Source: Macrostomum lignano
Taxonomy: Eukaryota
NCBI GenBank assembly: GCA_002269645.1
Contig: NIVC01001338.1
Span: 246,639 to 310,638, forward strand
Direction of reading: 5' to 3'
DNA: 64,000 bases
The position numbers and the translations under genes were made by a program. The stretch's first letter is position 1; the number at the start of each line of letters is the position of its first letter. The notes beneath the pieces were generated by a model that saw only the letters and a program-made list of their open reading frames with translations, was not told the DNA's origin and ran no database searches. Below, one piece after another: positions 1-16,000 of this stretch.

Positions 1-480
1 CTTTAGGATGCGGGATATAAGGATGTGAGGTTTGAGGATTTTTTATTTGGGGATGTGGGATTTTAGGATGCGGGATTTAAGGATGTGAGGTTTGAGGATT
101 TTAGATTTGAGGATGTGGGATCTTAGGATGTGGGACTTTAGGATGTGGGATTTTACGATGTAGGATTTTAGGATGTGGGATTTAAGGATGTGGGAGTTGA
201 GGATGTCGGATTTGAATAGTTAGGATTTGAGGATGTGGGAGTTGAGGGTGGGATTTTAGGATGTGGGATCTTAGGATGTGAGATTTTAAGATGTGGGATT
301 TTAGGATGTGGGATTTAAGGATGTGGGATTTGAGGATGTTGGATTTGAGGATGTGGGATTTGAGGATGTGGGATTTGAGGATGTTGGATTTGAGGATGTG
401 GGATTTGAGGATTTGGGATTTGAGGATGTGGGACTAGAGGATGTGGGACTTGAGGATGTGGGACTTGAGGATATGGGATA
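1..480. repeat. Degenerate ~15-bp minisatellite, consensus GGATGTGGGATTTGA (continues past the window start)
   Basis: About 30 imperfect tandem copies such as ggatttgaggatgtg and ggattttaggatgtg. Confidence 0.9.
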
Positions 481-889
481 GTTGATATTGTGAATATTGT
501 GAGTTTATGAATCTTAAAGTTTTAAGGGTATTCGAGGATGTGAAATTTAAAGCGAGATACGTGTATAAATAAAATGGGGTAAAGAATGATAACTAATAAT
601 ATTACTATGCAGGAAAAAGCCGAACTAAGCCCCATTTAAAGTACGCAACGCTTAAGCTTGTAAAGGGGTTAATTAGGTATATTGCAATATAAATAGCTGG
701 TAAACAAAATGCGTAGAAAGCACACCCTGTAAAACTTGCTAGCAAGAGGAAAATGCCCAAATTAATAAATAAAAAGAGCCATGATAAATACAAAAGAGTC
801 AGCAGTGTTATTAATTAGACCAACACAATATTCTTCGCTTGTAGGGGCTGCATTTGGCCAAATATATAAATAGATTTTGCGCAATTAAC

Positions 890-966
890 CTGCTGCCACT
901 GGTGCAACAGCGCACCTATTCTGCGCTGTACTGCGCTCAACTAATGCGCCTGATTGAAGCGTTTGG
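890..966 (-). CDS. Speculative small exon, possibly the next USP8 exon after the satellite intron
   Basis: GC-richer island; AG acceptor at 968-967 and CAG|GTTAAT donor at 889; open in the phase-2 frame left by the USP8 exon (QTLQSGALVERSTAQNRCAVAPVAA). No recognisable homology and a weak pyrimidine tract. Confidence 0.2.
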
Positions 967-1067
967 CTGATTATTGGTTCATGGCATTCTTGTAGATTCT
1001 ATACATGGAAATCACAACGACCAATCTAAGAAGGAGGGCGATGGAGGGCGAAGCTAAATATAGGGCC

Positions 1068-4000
1068 GATTCTAAGAATGGAATCTAAGGGATTCTAAGA
1101 ATGGAATCTAAGGGATTCTAAGAATGGAATCTGGTGGATTCTAAGAATGGAATCTGGTGGATTCTAAGAATGGAATCTGGTGGATTCTAAGAATGGAATC
1201 TGGGGGATTCTAAGAATGGAATCTGAAGAATTCTAAGAATGGAATCTGGTGGATTCTAAGAATGGAATCTGGTGGATTCTAAGAATAGAATCTGGTGGAT
1301 TCTAAGAATAGAATCTGGTGGATTCTAAGAATGGAATCTGGGCGATTCTAAGAATGGAATCTGGGCGATTCTAAGAATGGAATCTGGTAGATTCTAAGAA
1401 TGGAATCTGGTGGATTCTAAGAATAGAATCTGGTGGATTCTAAGAATAGAATCTGGTGGATTCTAAGAATAGAATCTGGTGGATTCTAAGAATGGAATCT
1501 GGTGGATTCTAAGAATGGAATCTGGGGATTCTAAGAATGGAATCTGGAGGATTCTAAGAATGGATCTGGTGGATTCTAAGAATGGATCTGGTGGATTCTA
1601 AGAATGGAATCTGGTGGATTCTAAGAACTCAATCTAGGGGATTCTTAGAATGTAATCTGGTGGATTCTAAGAATTCAATCTAGGGGATTCTAAGAATGGA
1701 ATCTGGTGGATTCTAAGAATGGAATCTGGTGGATTCTAAGAATGGAATCTGGGGATTCTAAGAATGGAATCTGGGGATTCTAAGAATGGAATCTGGTGGA
1801 TTCTAAGAATGGAATCTGGTGGATTCTAAGAATGGAATCTGGTGGATTCTAAGAATGGAATCTGGGGATTCTAAGAATGGAATCTGGTGGATTCTAAGAA
1901 TGGAATCTGGTGGATTCTAAGAATGGAATCTGGTGGATTCTAAGAATGGAATCTGGGCGATTCTAAGAATGGAATCTGGTGGATTCTAAGAATGGAATCT
2001 GGGGATTCTAAGAATGGAATCTGGGGATTCTAAGAATGGAATCTGGTGGATTCTAAGAATGGAATCTGGTAGATTCTAAGAATCAATCTGGGGATTCTAG
2101 AATGTAATCTGGGGATTCTAAGAATGGAATCTGGGGATTCTAAGAATGGAATCTGGGGATTCTAAGAATGGAATCTGGTGGATTCTAAGAATGGAATCTG
2201 GTGGATTCTAAGAATGGAATCTGGGGGATTCTAAGAATGGAATCTGGAGGATTCTAAGAATGGAATCTGGGGGATTCTAAGAATGGAATCTGGTGGATTC
2301 TAAGAATGGAATCTGATGGACTCTAAGAATGGAATGTGGTGGATTCTAAGAATGGAATCTGGGGGATTCTAAGAATGGAATCTGGTGGATCTAAGAATGG
2401 AATCTGGGGATTCTAAGAATGGAATCTGGTGGATTCTAAGAATGGAATCTGGGGATTCTAAGAATGGAATCTGGATTCTAAGAATGGAATCTGGGGATTC
2501 TAAGAATGGAATCTGATGGACTCTAAGAATGGAATGTGGTGGATTCTAAGAATGGAATCTGGGGATTCTAAGAATGGAATCTGGTGGATCTAAGAATGGA
2601 ATCTGGGCGATTCTAAGAATGGAATCTGGTGGATTCTAAGAATGGAATCTGGGGGATTCTAAGAATGGAATCTGAAGAATTCTAAGAATGGAATCTGGTG
2701 GATTCTAAGAATGGAATCTGGTGGATTCTAAGAATGGAATCTGGGGGATTCTAAGAATAGAATCTGGTGGATTCTAAGAATGGAATCTGGGCGATTCTAA
2801 GAATGGAATCTGGGCGATTCTAAGAATGGAATCTGGAGGATTCTAAGAATGGAATCTGGTGGATTCTAAGAATGGAATCTGGTGGATTCTAAGAATGGAA
2901 TCTGGTGGATTCTAAGAATCAATCTGGGGATTCTAGAATGTAATCTGGTGGATTCTAAGAATCAATCTGGGGATTCTAGAATGGAATCTGGTGGATTCTA
3001 AGAATGGAATCTGGGGATTCTAAGAATGGAATCTGGGGATTCTAAGAATGGAATCTGGTGGATTCTAAGAATGGAATCTGGGGATTCTAAGAATGGAATC
3101 TGGATTCTAAGAATGGAATCTGGTGGATTCTAAGAATGGAATCTGGTGGATTCTAAGAATGGAATCTGGTGGATTCTAAGAATGAATCTGGTGGATTCTA
3201 AGAATGGAATCTGGGGATTCTAAGAATGGAATCTGGGGATTCTAAGAATGGAATCTGGTGGATTCTAAGAATGGAATCTGGTGGATTCTAAGAATGGAAT
3301 CTGGTGGATTCTAAGAATGGAATCTGGGGATTCTAAGAATGGAATCTGGTGGATTCTAAGAATGGAATCTGGTGGATTCTAAGAATGGAATCTGGTGGAT
3401 TCTAAGAATGGAATCTGGGGATTCTAAGAATGGAATCTGGGGATTCTAAGAATGGAATCTGGTGGATTCTAAGAATGGAATCTGGTAGATTCTAAGAATC
3501 AATCTGGGGATTCTAGAATGGAATCTGGTGGATTCTAAGAATGGAATCTGGGGATTCTAAGAATGGAATCTGGGGATTCTAAGAATGGAATCTGGGGATT
3601 CTAAGAATGGAATCTGGTGGATTCTAAGAATGGAATCTGGTGGATTCTAAGAATGGAATCTGGGGGATTCTAAGAATGGAATCTGGAGGATTCTAAGAAT
3701 GGAATCTGGGGGATTCTAAGAATGGAATCTGGTGGATTCTAAGAATGGAATCTGATGGACTCTAAGAATGGAATCTGGGGGATTCTAAGAATGGAATCTG
3801 GTATTCTAAGAATGGAATCTGGGGATTCTAAGAATGGAATCTGGTGGATTCTAAGAATGGAATCTGGAGATTCTAAGAATGGAATCTGGGGATTCTAAGA
3901 ATGGAATCTGGTGGATTCTAAGAATGGAATCTGGGGATTCTAAGAATGGAATCTGGGGATTCTAAGAATGGAATCTGGATTCTAAGAATGGAATCTGGTG

Positions 4001-7000
4001 GATTCTAAGAATGGAATCTGGTGGATTCTAAGAATCAATCTGGGGATTCTAGAATGGAATCTGGTGGATTCTAAGAATCAATCTAGGGGATTCTAGAATG
4101 TAATCTGGTGGATTCTAAGAATTCAATCTGGGGATTCTAAGAATGGAATCTGGGGATTCTAAGAATGGAATCTGGTGGATTCTAAGAATGGAATCTGGGG
4201 ATTCTAAGAATGGAATCTGGATTCTAAGAATGGAATCTGGTGGATTCTAAGAATGGAATCTGGTGGATTCTAAGAATGGAATCTGGTGGATTCTAAGAAT
4301 AATCTGGTGGATTCTAAGAATGGAATCTGGGGATTCTAAGAATGGAATCTGGGGATTCTAAGAATGGAATCTGGTGGATTCTAAGAATGGAATCTGGTGG
4401 ATTCTAAGAATGGAATCTGGTGGATTCTAAGAATGGAATCTGGGGATTCTAAGAATGGAATCTGGTGGATTCTAAGAATGGAATCTGGTGGATTCTAAGA
4501 ATGGAATCTGGTGGATTCTAAGAATGGAATCTGGGGATTCTAAGAATGGAATCTGGGGATTCTAAGAATGGAATCTGGTGGATTCTAAGAATGGAATCTG
4601 GTAGATTCTAAGAATCAATCTGGGGATTCTAGAATGGAATCTGGTGGATTCTAAGAATGGAATCTGGGGATTCTAAGAATGGAATCTGGGGATTCTAAGA
4701 ATGGAATCTGGGGATTCTAAGAATGGAATCTGGTGGATTCTAAGAATGGAATCTGGTGGATTCTAAGAATGGAATCTGGGGGATTCTAAGAATGGAATCT
4801 GGAGGATTCTAAGAATGGAATCTGGGGGATTCTAAGAATGGAATCTGGTGGATTCTAAGAATGGAATCTGATGGACTCTAAGAATGGAATCTGGGGGATT
4901 CTAAGAATGAAATCTGGTAGATTGTAAGAATGGAATCTGGGGGATTCTAAGAATGGAATCTGGTGGATTCTAAGAATGGAATCTGGAGAATTCTAAGAAT
5001 GGAAACTGGGCGATTCTAAGAATGGAATCTGGTGGATTCTAAAAATGGAATCTGGAGGATTCTAAGAATGGAATCTGATGGATTCTAAGAATGGAATCTG
5101 GTGGATTCTAAGAATGGAATCTGGGGATTCTAAGAATGGAATCTGGTGGATTCTAAGAATGGAATCTGGGCGATTCTAAGAATGGAATCTGGTGGATTCT
5201 AAGAATGGAATCTGGGGGATTCTAAGAATGGAATCTGGATTCTAAGAATGGAATCTGGTGGATTCTAAGAATGGAATCTGGTGGATTCTAAGAATGGAAT
5301 CTGGTGGATTCTAAGAATAGAATCTGGTGGATTCTAAGAATGGAATCTGGGGATTCTAAGAATGGAATCTGGGGGATTCTAAGAATGGAATCTGGAGGAT
5401 TCTAAGAATGGAATCTGGTGGATTCTAAGAATGGAATCTGGTGGATTCTAAGAATGGAATCTGGTGGATTCTAAGAATCAATCTGGGGATTCTAGAATGG
5501 AATCTGGTGGATTCTAAGAATCAATCTGGGGATTCTAAGAATGGAATCTGGTGGATTCTAAGAATGGAATCTGGGGATTCTAAGAATGGAATCTGGGGAT
5601 TCTAAGAATGGAATCTGGTGGATTCTAAGAATGGAATCTGGGGATTCTAAGAATGGAATCTGGATTCTAAGAATGGAATCTGGTGGATTCTAAGAATGGA
5701 ATCTGGTGGATTCTAAGAATGGAATCTGGTGGATTCTAAGAATGGAATCTGGTGGATTCTAAGAATGGAATCTGGGGATTCTAAGAATGGAATCTGGGGA
5801 TTCTAAGAATGGAATCTGGTGGATTCTAAGAATGGAATCTGGTGGATTCTAAGAATGGAATCTGGGGATTCTAAGAATGGAATCTGGATTCTAAGAATGG
5901 AATCTGGTGGATTCTAAGAATGGAATCTGGTGGATTCTAAGAATGGAATCTGGTGGATTCTAAGAATGGAATCTGGGGATTCTAAGAATGGAATCTGGTG
6001 GATTCTAAGAATGGAATCTGGGGATTCTAAGAATGGAATCTGGTGGATTCTAAGAATGGAATCTGGGGATTCTAAGAATGGAATCTGGGGATTCTAAGAA
6101 TGGAATCTGGTGGATTCTAAGAATGGAATCTGGGGATTCTAAGAATGGAATCTGGTGGATTCTAAGAATGGAATCTGGGGATTCTAAGAATGGAATCTGG
6201 TGGATTCTAAGAATGGAATCTGGATTCTAAGAATGGAATCTGGTGGATTCTAAGAATGGAATCTGGTGGATTCTAAGAATGGAATCTGGTGGATTCTAAG
6301 AATGGAATCTGGTGGATTCTAAGAATGGAATCTGGTGGATTCTAAGAATGGAATCTGGGGATTCTAAGAATGGAATCTGGGGATTCTAAGAATGGAATCT
6401 GGGGATTCTAAGAATGGAATCTGGTGGATTCTAAGAATGGAATCTGGTGGATTCTAAGAATGGAATCTGGTGGATTCTAAGAATCAATCTGGGGATTCTA
6501 AGAATGGAATCTGGTGGATTCTAAGAATCAATCTGGGGATTCTAAGAATGGAATCTGGTGGATTCTAAGAATGGAATCTGGGGATTCTAAGAATGGAATC
6601 TGGGGATTCTAAGAATGGAATCTGGATTCTAAGAATGGAATCTGGTGGATTCTAAGAATGGAATCTGGTGGATTCTAAGAATGGAATCTGGTGGATTCTA
6701 AGAATGAATCTGGTGGATTCTAAGAATGGAATCTGGGGATTCTAAGAATGGAATCTGGGGATTCTAAGAATGGAATCTGGTGGATTCTAAGAATGGAATC
6801 TGGTGGATTCTAAGAATGGAATCTGGTGGATTCTAAGAATGGAATCTGGGGATTCTAAGAATGGAATCTGGTGGATTCTAAGAATGGAATCTGGTGGATT
6901 CTAAGAATGGAATCTGGTGGATTCTAAGAATGGAATCTGGGGATTCTAAGAATGGAATCTGGGGATTCTAAGAATGGAATCTGGTGGATTCTAAGAATGG

Positions 7001-10000
7001 AATCTGGTAGATTCTAAGAATCAATCTGGGGATTCTAGAATGGAATCTGGTGGATTCTAAGAATTCAATCTGGGGATTCTAAGAATGGAATCTGGGGATT
7101 CTAAGAATGGAATCTGGGGATTCTAAGAATGGAATCTGGTGGATTCTAAGAATGGAATCTGGTGGATTCTAAGAATGGAATCTGGGGGATTCTAAGAATG
7201 GAATCTGGAGGATTCTAAGAATGGAATCTGGGGGATTCTAAGAATGGAATCTGGTGGATTCTAAGAATGGAATCTGATGGACTCTAAGAATGGAATCTGG
7301 GGGATTCTAAGAATGAAATCTGGTAGATTGTAAGAATGGAATCTGGGGATTCTAAGAATGGAATCTGGTGGATTCTAAGAATGGAATCTGGAGAATTCTA
7401 AGAATGGAATCTGGGGATTCTAAGAATGGAATCTGGTGGATTCTAAAATGGAATCTGGGGATTCTAAGAATGGAATCTGATGGATTCTAAGAATGGAATC
7501 TGGTGGATTCTAAGAATGGAATCTGGGGATTCTAAGAATGGAATCTGGTGGATTCTAAGAATGGAATCTGGGGATTCTAAGAATGGAATCTGGTGGATTC
7601 TAAGAATGGAATCTGGGGATTCTAAGAATGGAATCTGGATTCTAAGAATGGAATCTGGTGGATTCTAAGAATGGAATCTGGTGGATTCTAAGAATGGAAT
7701 CTGGTGGATTCTAAGAATGGAATCTGGTGGATTCTAAGAATGGAATCTGGGGATTCTAAGAATGGAATCTGGGGATTCTAAGAATGGAATCTGGGGATTC
7801 TAAGAATGGAATCTGGTGGATTCTAAGAATGGAATCTGGTGGATTCTAAGAATGGAATCTGGTGGATTCTAAGAATGGAATCTGGGGATTCTAAGAATGG
7901 AATCTGGTGGATTCTAAGAATCAATCTGGGGATTCTAAGAATGGAATCTGGTGGATTCTAAGAATGGAATCTGGGGATTCTAAGAATGGAATCTGGGGAT
8001 TCTAAGAATGGAATCTGGTGGATTCTAAGAATGGAATCTGGGGATTCTAAGAATGGAATCTGGATTCTAAGAATGGAATCTGGTGGATTCTAAGAATGGA
8101 ATCTGGTGGATTCTAAGAATGGAATCTGGTGGATTCTAAGAATGGAATCTGGTGGATTCTAAGAATGGAATCTGGGGATTCTAAGAATGGAATCTGGGGA
8201 TTCTAAGAATGGAATCTGGTGGATTCTAAGAATGGAATCTGGTGGATTCTAAGAATGGAATCTGGTGGATTCTAAGAATGGAATCTGGGGATTCTAAGAA
8301 TGGAATCTGGTGGATTCTAAGAATGGAATCTGGTGGATTCTAAGAATGGAATCTGGTGGATTCTAAGAATGGAATCTGGGGATTCTAAGAATGGAATCTG
8401 GATTCTAAGAATGGAATCTGGTGGATTCTAAGAATGGAATCTGGTGGATTCTAAGAATGGAATCTGGTGGATTCTAAGAATGGAATCTGGTGGATTCTAA
8501 GAATGGAATCTGGGGATTCTAAGAATGGAATCTGGGGATTCTAAGAATGGAATCTGGTGGATTCTAAGAATGGAATCTGGTGGATTCTAAGAATGGAATC
8601 TGGTGGATTCTAAGAATGGAATCTGGGGATTCTAAGAATGGAATCTGGTGGATTCTAAGAATGGAATCTGGTGGATTCTAAGAATGGAATCTGGTGGATT
8701 CTAAGAATGGAATCTGGTGGATTCTAAGAATGGAATCTGGTGGATTCTAAGAATGGAATCTGGGGATTCTAAGAATGGAATCTGGGGATTCTAAGAATGG
8801 AATCTGGATTCTAAGAATGGAATCTGGTGGATTCTAAGAATGGAATCTGGTGGATTCTAAGAATGGAATCTGGTGGATTCTAAGAATGGAATCTGGGGAT
8901 TCTAAGAATGGAATCTGGTGGATTCTAAGAATGGAATCTGGGGATTCTAAGAATGGAATCTGGTGGATTCTAAGAATGGAATCTGGGGATTCTAAGAATG
9001 GAATCTGGGGATTCTAAGAATGGAATCTGGTGGATTCTAAGAATGGAATCTGGGGATTCTAAGAATGGAATCTGGATTCTAAGAATGGAATCTGGTGGAT
9101 TCTAAGAATGGAATCTGGTGGATTCTAAGAATGGAATCTGGTGGATTCTAAGAATGGAATCTGGTGGATTCTAAGAATGGAATCTGGGGATTCTAAGAAT
9201 GGAATCTGGGGATTCTAAGAATGGAATCTGGTGGATTCTAAGAATGGAATCTGGTGGATTCTAAGAATGGAATCTGGTGGATTCTAAGAATGGAATCTGG
9301 GGATTCTAAGAATGGAATCTGGTGGATTCTAAGAATGGAATCTGGTGGATTCTAAGAATGGAATCTGGTGGATTCTAAGAATGGAATCTGGGGATTCTAA
9401 GAATGGAATCTGGGGATTCTAAGAATGGAATCTGGTGGATTCTAAGAATGGAATCTGGTGGATTCTAAGAATGGAATCTGGGGATTCTAAGAATGGAATC
9501 TGGTGGATTCTAAGAATGGAATCTGGGGATTCTAAGAATGGAATCTGGGGATTCTAAGAATGGAATCTGGGGATTCTAAGAATGGAATCTGGTGGATTCT
9601 AAGAATGGAATCTGGTGGATTCTAAGAATGGAATCTGGGGATTCTAAGAATGGAATCTGGGGATTCTAAGAATGGAATCTGGGGATTCTAAGAATGGAAT
9701 CTGGTGGATTCTAAGAATGGAATCTGGTGGATTCTAAGAATGGAATCTGGGGATTCTAAGAATGGAATCTGGTGATTCTAAGAATGGAATCTGGGGATTC
9801 TAAGAATGGAATCTGGTGGATTCTAAGAATGGAATCTGGGATTCTAAGAATGGAATCTGGGGATTCTAAGAATGGAATCTGGTGGATTCTAAGAATGGAA
9901 TCTGGGGATTCTAAGAATGGAATCTGGGATTCTAAGAATGGAATCTGGGGATTCTAAGAATGGAATCTGGGGATTCTAAGAATGGAATCTGGTGGATTCT

Positions 10001-13000
10001 AAGAATGGAATCTGGGGATTCTAAGAATGGAATCTGGTGGATTCTAAGAATGGAATCTGGGGATTCTAAGAATGGAATCTGGATTCTAAGAATGGAATCT
10101 GGTGGATTCTAAGAATGGAATCTGGTGGATTCTAAGAATGGAATCTGGTGGATTCTAAGAATGGAATCTGGTGGATTCTAAGAATGGAATCTGGGGATTC
10201 TAAGAATGGAATCTGGGGATTCTAAGAATGGAATCTGGGGATTCTAAGAATGGAATCTGGTGGATTCTAAGAATGGAATCTGGTGGATTCTAAGAATGGA
10301 ATCTGGTGGATTCTAAGAATGGAATCTGGGGATTCTAAGAATGGAATCTGGTGGATTCTAAGAATGGAATCTGGGGATTCTAAGAATGGAATCTGGTGGA
10401 TTCTAAGAATGGAATCTGGGGATTCTAAGAATGGAATCTGGGGATTCTAAGAATGGAATCTGGTGGATTCTAAGAATGGAATCTGGGGATTCTAAGAATG
10501 GAATCTGGATTCTAAGAATGGAATCTGGTGGATTCTAAGAATGGAATCTGGTGGATTCTAAGAATGGAATCTGGTGGATTCTAAGAATGGAATCTGGGGA
10601 TTCTAAGAATGGAATCTGGGGATTCTAAGAATGGAATCTGGGGATTCTAAGAATGGAATCTGGTGGATTCTAAGAATGGAATCTGGTGGATTCTAAGAAT
10701 GGAATCTGGTGGATTCTAAGAATGGAATCTGGGGATTCTAAGAATGGAATCTGGTGGATTCTAAGAATGGAATCTGGTGGATTCTAAGAATGGAATCTGG
10801 TGGATTCTAAGAATGGAATCTGGGGATTCTAAGAATGGAATCTGGTGGATTCTAAGAATGGAATCTGTGGATTCTAAGAATGGAATCTGGGGATTCTAAG
10901 AATGGAATCTGGGATTCTAAGAATGGAATCTGGGGATTCTAAGAATGGAATCTGGTGGATTCTAAGAATGGAATCTGGGGATTCTAAGAATGGAATCTGG
11001 GGATTCTAAGAATGGAATCTGGTGGATTCTAAGAATGGAATCTGGGGATTCTAAGAATGGAATCTGGGGATTCTAAGAATGGAATCTGGTGGATTCTAAG
11101 AATGGAATCTGGGGATTCTAAGAATGGAATCTGGTGGATTCTAAGAATGGAATCTGGGGATTCTAAGAATGGAATCTGGTGGATTCTAAGAATGGAATCT
11201 GGGGATTCTAAGAATGGAATCTGGATTCTAAGAATGGAATCTGGTGGATTCTAAGAATGGAATCTGGTGGATTCTAAGAATGGAATCTGGTGGATTCTAA
11301 GAATGGAATCTGGTGGATTCTAAGAATGGAATCTGGGGATTCTAAGAATGGAATCTGGGGATTCTAAGAATGGAATCTGGGGATTCTAAGAATGGAATCT
11401 GGTGGATTCTAAGAATGGAATCTGGTGGATTCTAAGAATGGAATCTGGTGGATTCTAAGAATGGAATCTGGGGATTCTAAGAATGGAATCTGGTGGATTC
11501 TAAGAATGGAATCTGGGGATTCTAAGAATGGAATCTGGTGGATTCTAAGAATGGAATCTGGGGATTCTAAGAATGGAATCTAATTCTAAGAATGGAATCT
11601 GGTGGATTCTAAGAATGGAATCTGGGGATTCTAAGAATGGAATCTGGATTCTAAGAATGGAATCTGGTGGATTCTAAGAATGGAATCTGGTGGATTCTAA
11701 GAATGGAATCTGGTGGATTCTAAGAATGGAATCTGGTGGATTCTAAGAATGGAATCTGGGGATTCTAAGAATGGAATCTGGGGATTCTAAGAATGGAATC
11801 TGGGGATTCTAAGAATGGAATCTGGTGGATTCTAAGAATGGAATCTGGGGATTCTAAGAATGGAATCTGGGGATTCTAAGAATGGAATCTGGTGGATTCT
11901 AAGAATGGAATCTGGGGATTCTAAGAATGGAATCTGGGGATTCTAAGAATGGAATCTGGTGGATTCTAAGAATGGAATCTGGGGATTCTAAGAATGGAAT
12001 CTGGTGGATTCTAAGAATGGAATCTGGGGATTCTAAGAATGGAATCTGGGGATTCTAAGAATGGAATCTGGGGATTCTAAGAATGGAATCTGGATTCTAA
12101 GAATGGAATCTGGTGGATTCTAAGAATGGAATCTGGTGGATTCTAAGAATGGAATCTGGTGGATTCTAAGAATGGAATCTGGTGGATTCTAAGAATGGAA
12201 TCTGGGGATTCTAAGAATGGAATCTGGGGATTCTAAGAATGGAATCTGGGGATTCTAAGAATGGAATCTGGTGGATTCTAAGAATGGAATCTGGTGGATT
12301 CTAAGAATGGAATCTGGTGGATTCTAAGAATGGAATCTGGGGATTCTAAGAATGGAATCTGGTGGATTCTAAGAATGGAATCTGGGGATTCTAAGAATGG
12401 AATCTGGTGGATTCTAAGAATGGAATCTGGGGATTCTAAGAATGGAATCTGGGGATTCTAAGAATGGAATCTGGTGGATTCTAAGAATGGAATCTGGGGA
12501 TTCTAAGAATGGAATCTGGGGATTCTAAGAATGGAATCTGGTGGATTCTAAGAATGGAATCTGGTGGATTCTAAGAATGGAATCTGGTGGATTCTAAGAA
12601 TGGAATCTGGTGGATTCTAAGAATGGAATCTGGGGATTCTAAGAATGGAATCTGGGGATTCTAAGAATGGAATCTGGGGATTCTAAGAATGGAATCTGGG
12701 GATTCTAAGAATGGAATCTGGTGGATTCTAAGAATGGAATCTGGTGGATTCTAAGAATGGAATCTGGTGGATTCTAAGAATGGAATCTGGTGGATTCTAA
12801 GAATGGAATCTGGTGGATTCTAAGAATGGAATCTGGGGATTCTAAGAATGGAATCTGGGGATTCTAAGAATGGAATCTGGTGGATTCTAAGAATGGAATC
12901 TGGGGATTCTAAGAATGGAATCTGGTGGATTCTAAGAATGGAATCTGGGGATTCTAAGAATGGAATCTGGGGATTCTAAGAATGGAATCTGGGGATTCTA

Positions 13001-16000
13001 AGAATGGAATCTGGGGATTCTAAGAATGGAATCTGGTGGATTCTAAGAATGGAATCTGGTGGATTCTAAGAATGGAATCTGGGGATTCTAAGAATGGAAT
13101 CTGGTGGATTCTAAGAATGGAATCTGGGGATTCTAAGAATGGAATCTGGTGGATTCTAAGAATGGAATCTGGGGATTCTAAGAATGGAATCTGGTGGATT
13201 CTAAGAATGGAATCTGGTGGATTCTAAGAATGGAATCTGGGGATTCTAAGAATGGAATCTGGTGGATTCTAAGAATGGAATCTGGTGGATTCTAAGAATG
13301 GAATCTGGTGGATTCTAAGAATGGAATCTGGTGGATTCTAAGAATGGAATCTGGGGATTCTAAGAATGGAATCTGGGGATTCTAAGAATGGAATCTGGGG
13401 ATTCTAAGAATGGAATCTGGTGGATTCTAAGAATGGAATCTGGTGGATTCTAAGAATGGAATCTGGTGGATTCTAAGAATGGAATCTGGTGGATTCTAAG
13501 AATGGAATCTGGTGGATTCTAAGAATGGAATCTGGGGATTCTAAGAATGGAATCTGGGGATTCTAAGAATGGAATCTGGGATTCTAAGAATGGAATCTGG
13601 GGATTCTAAGAATGGAATCTGGGGATTCTAAGAATGGAATCTGGGGATTCTAAGAATGGAATCTGGGGATTCTAAGAATGGAATCTGGTGGATTCTAAGA
13701 ATGGAATCTGGTGGATTCTAAGAATGGAATCTGGTGGATTCTAAGAATGGAATCTGGTGGATTCTAAGAATGGAATCTGGGGATTCTAAGAATGGAATCT
13801 GGGGATTCTAAGAATGGAATCTGGGGATTCTAAGAATGGAATCTGGTGGATTCTAAGAATGGAATCTGGTGGATTCTAAGAATGGAATCTGGGGATTCTA
13901 AGAATGGAATCTGGTGGATTCTAAGAATGGAATCTGGTGGATTCTAAGAATGGAATCTGGTGGATTCTAAGAATGGAATCTGGGGATTCTAAGAATGGAA
14001 TCTGGGGATTCTAAGAATGGAATCTGGGGATTCTAAGAATGGAATCTGGGGATTCTAAGAATGGAATCTGGGGATTCTAAGAATGGAATCTGGTGGATTC
14101 TAAGAATGGAATCTGGGGATTCTAAGAATGGAATCTGGGGATTCTAAGAATGGAATCTGGGGATTCTAAGAATGGAATCTGGGGATTCTAAGAATGGAAT
14201 CTGGGGATTCTAAGAATGGAATCTGGTGGATTCTAAGAATGGAATCTGGTGGATTCTAAGAATGGAATCTGGGGATTCTAAGAATGGAATCTGGGGATTC
14301 TAAGAATGGAATCTGGGGATTCTAAGAATGGAATCTGGGGATTCTAAGAATGGAATCTGGGGATTCTAAGAATGGAATCTGGGGATTCTAAGAATGGAAT
14401 CTGGTGGATTCTAAGAATGGAATCTGGGGATTCTAAGAATGGAATCTGGGGATTCTAAGAATGGAATCTGGTGGATTCTAAGAATGGAATCTGGGGATTC
14501 TAAGAATGGAATCTGGTGGATTCTAAGAATGGAATCTGGTGGATTCTAAGAATGGAATCTGGGATTCTAAGAATGGAATCTGGTGGATTCTAAGAATGGA
14601 ATCTGGGGATTCTAAGAATGGAATCTGGTGGATTCTAAGAATGGAATCTGGGGATTCTAAGAATGGAATCTGGTGGATTCTAAGAATGGAATCTGGTGGA
14701 TTCTAAGAATGGAATCTGGATTCTAAGAATGGAATCTGGTGGATTCTAAGAATGGAATCTGGTGGATTCTAAGAATGGAATCTGGTGGATTCTAAGAATG
14801 GAATCTGGTGGATTCTAAGAATGGAATCTGGTGGATTCTAAGAATGGAATCTGGGGATTCTAAGAATGGAATCTGGTGGATTCTAAGAATGGAATCTGGT
14901 GGATTCTAAGAATGGAATCTGGTGGATTCTAAGAATGGAATCTGGTGGATTCTAAGAATGGAATCTGGTGGATTCTAAGAATGGAATCTGGTGGATTCTA
15001 AGAATGGAATCTGGGGATTCTAAGAATGGAATCTGGGGATTCTAAGAATGGAATCTGGTGGATTCTAAGAATGGAATCTGGTGGATTCTAAGAATGGAAT
15101 CTGGTGGATTCTAAGAATGGAATCTGGGGATTCTAAGAATGGAATCTGGTGGATTCTAAGAATGGAATCTGGGGATTCTAAGAATGGAATCTGGTTCTAA
15201 GAATGGAATCTGGGGATTCTAAGAATGGAATCTGGGGATTCTAAGAATGGAATCTGGGGATTCTAAGAATGGAATCTGGGGATTCTAAGAATGGAATCTG
15301 GTGGATTCTAAGAATGGAATCTGGGGATTCTAAGAATGGAATCTGGGGATTCTAAGAATGGAATCTGGTGGATTCTAAGAATCAATCTGGGGATTCTAAG
15401 AATGGAATCTGGTGGATTCTAAGAATCAATCTGGGGATTCTAAGAATGGAATCTGGTGGATTCTAAGAATGGAATCTGGGGATTCTAAGAATGGAATCTG
15501 GGGATTCTAAGAATGGAATCTGGGGATTCTAAGAATGGAATCTGGTGGATTCTAAGAATGGAATCTGGTGGATTCTAAGAATGGAATCTGGGGATTCTAA
15601 GAATGGAATCTGGTGGATTCTAAGAATGGAATCTGGTGATTCTAAGAATGGAATCTGGGGATTCTAAGAATGGAATCTGGTGGATTCTAAGAATGGAATC
15701 TGGGGATTCTAAGAATGGAATCTGGGGATTCTAAGAATGGAATCTGGGGATTCTAAGAATGGAATCTGGTGGATTCTAAGAATGGAATCTGGTGGATTCT
15801 AAGAATGGAATCTGGTGGATTCTAAGAATGGAATCTGGGGATTCTAAGAATGGAATCTGGGGATTCTAAGAATGGAATCTGGGGATTCTAAGAATGGAAT
15901 CTGGTGGATTCTAAGAATGGAATCTGGTGGATTCTAAGAATGGAATCTGGGGATTCTAAGAATGGAATCTGGTGGATTCTAAGAATGGAATCTGGGGATT

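Noticed and set aside
605-793. Hydrophobic 62-aa minus-strand ORF
   Set aside because: AT-rich composition explains the hydrophobicity; no homology or convincing gene structure.
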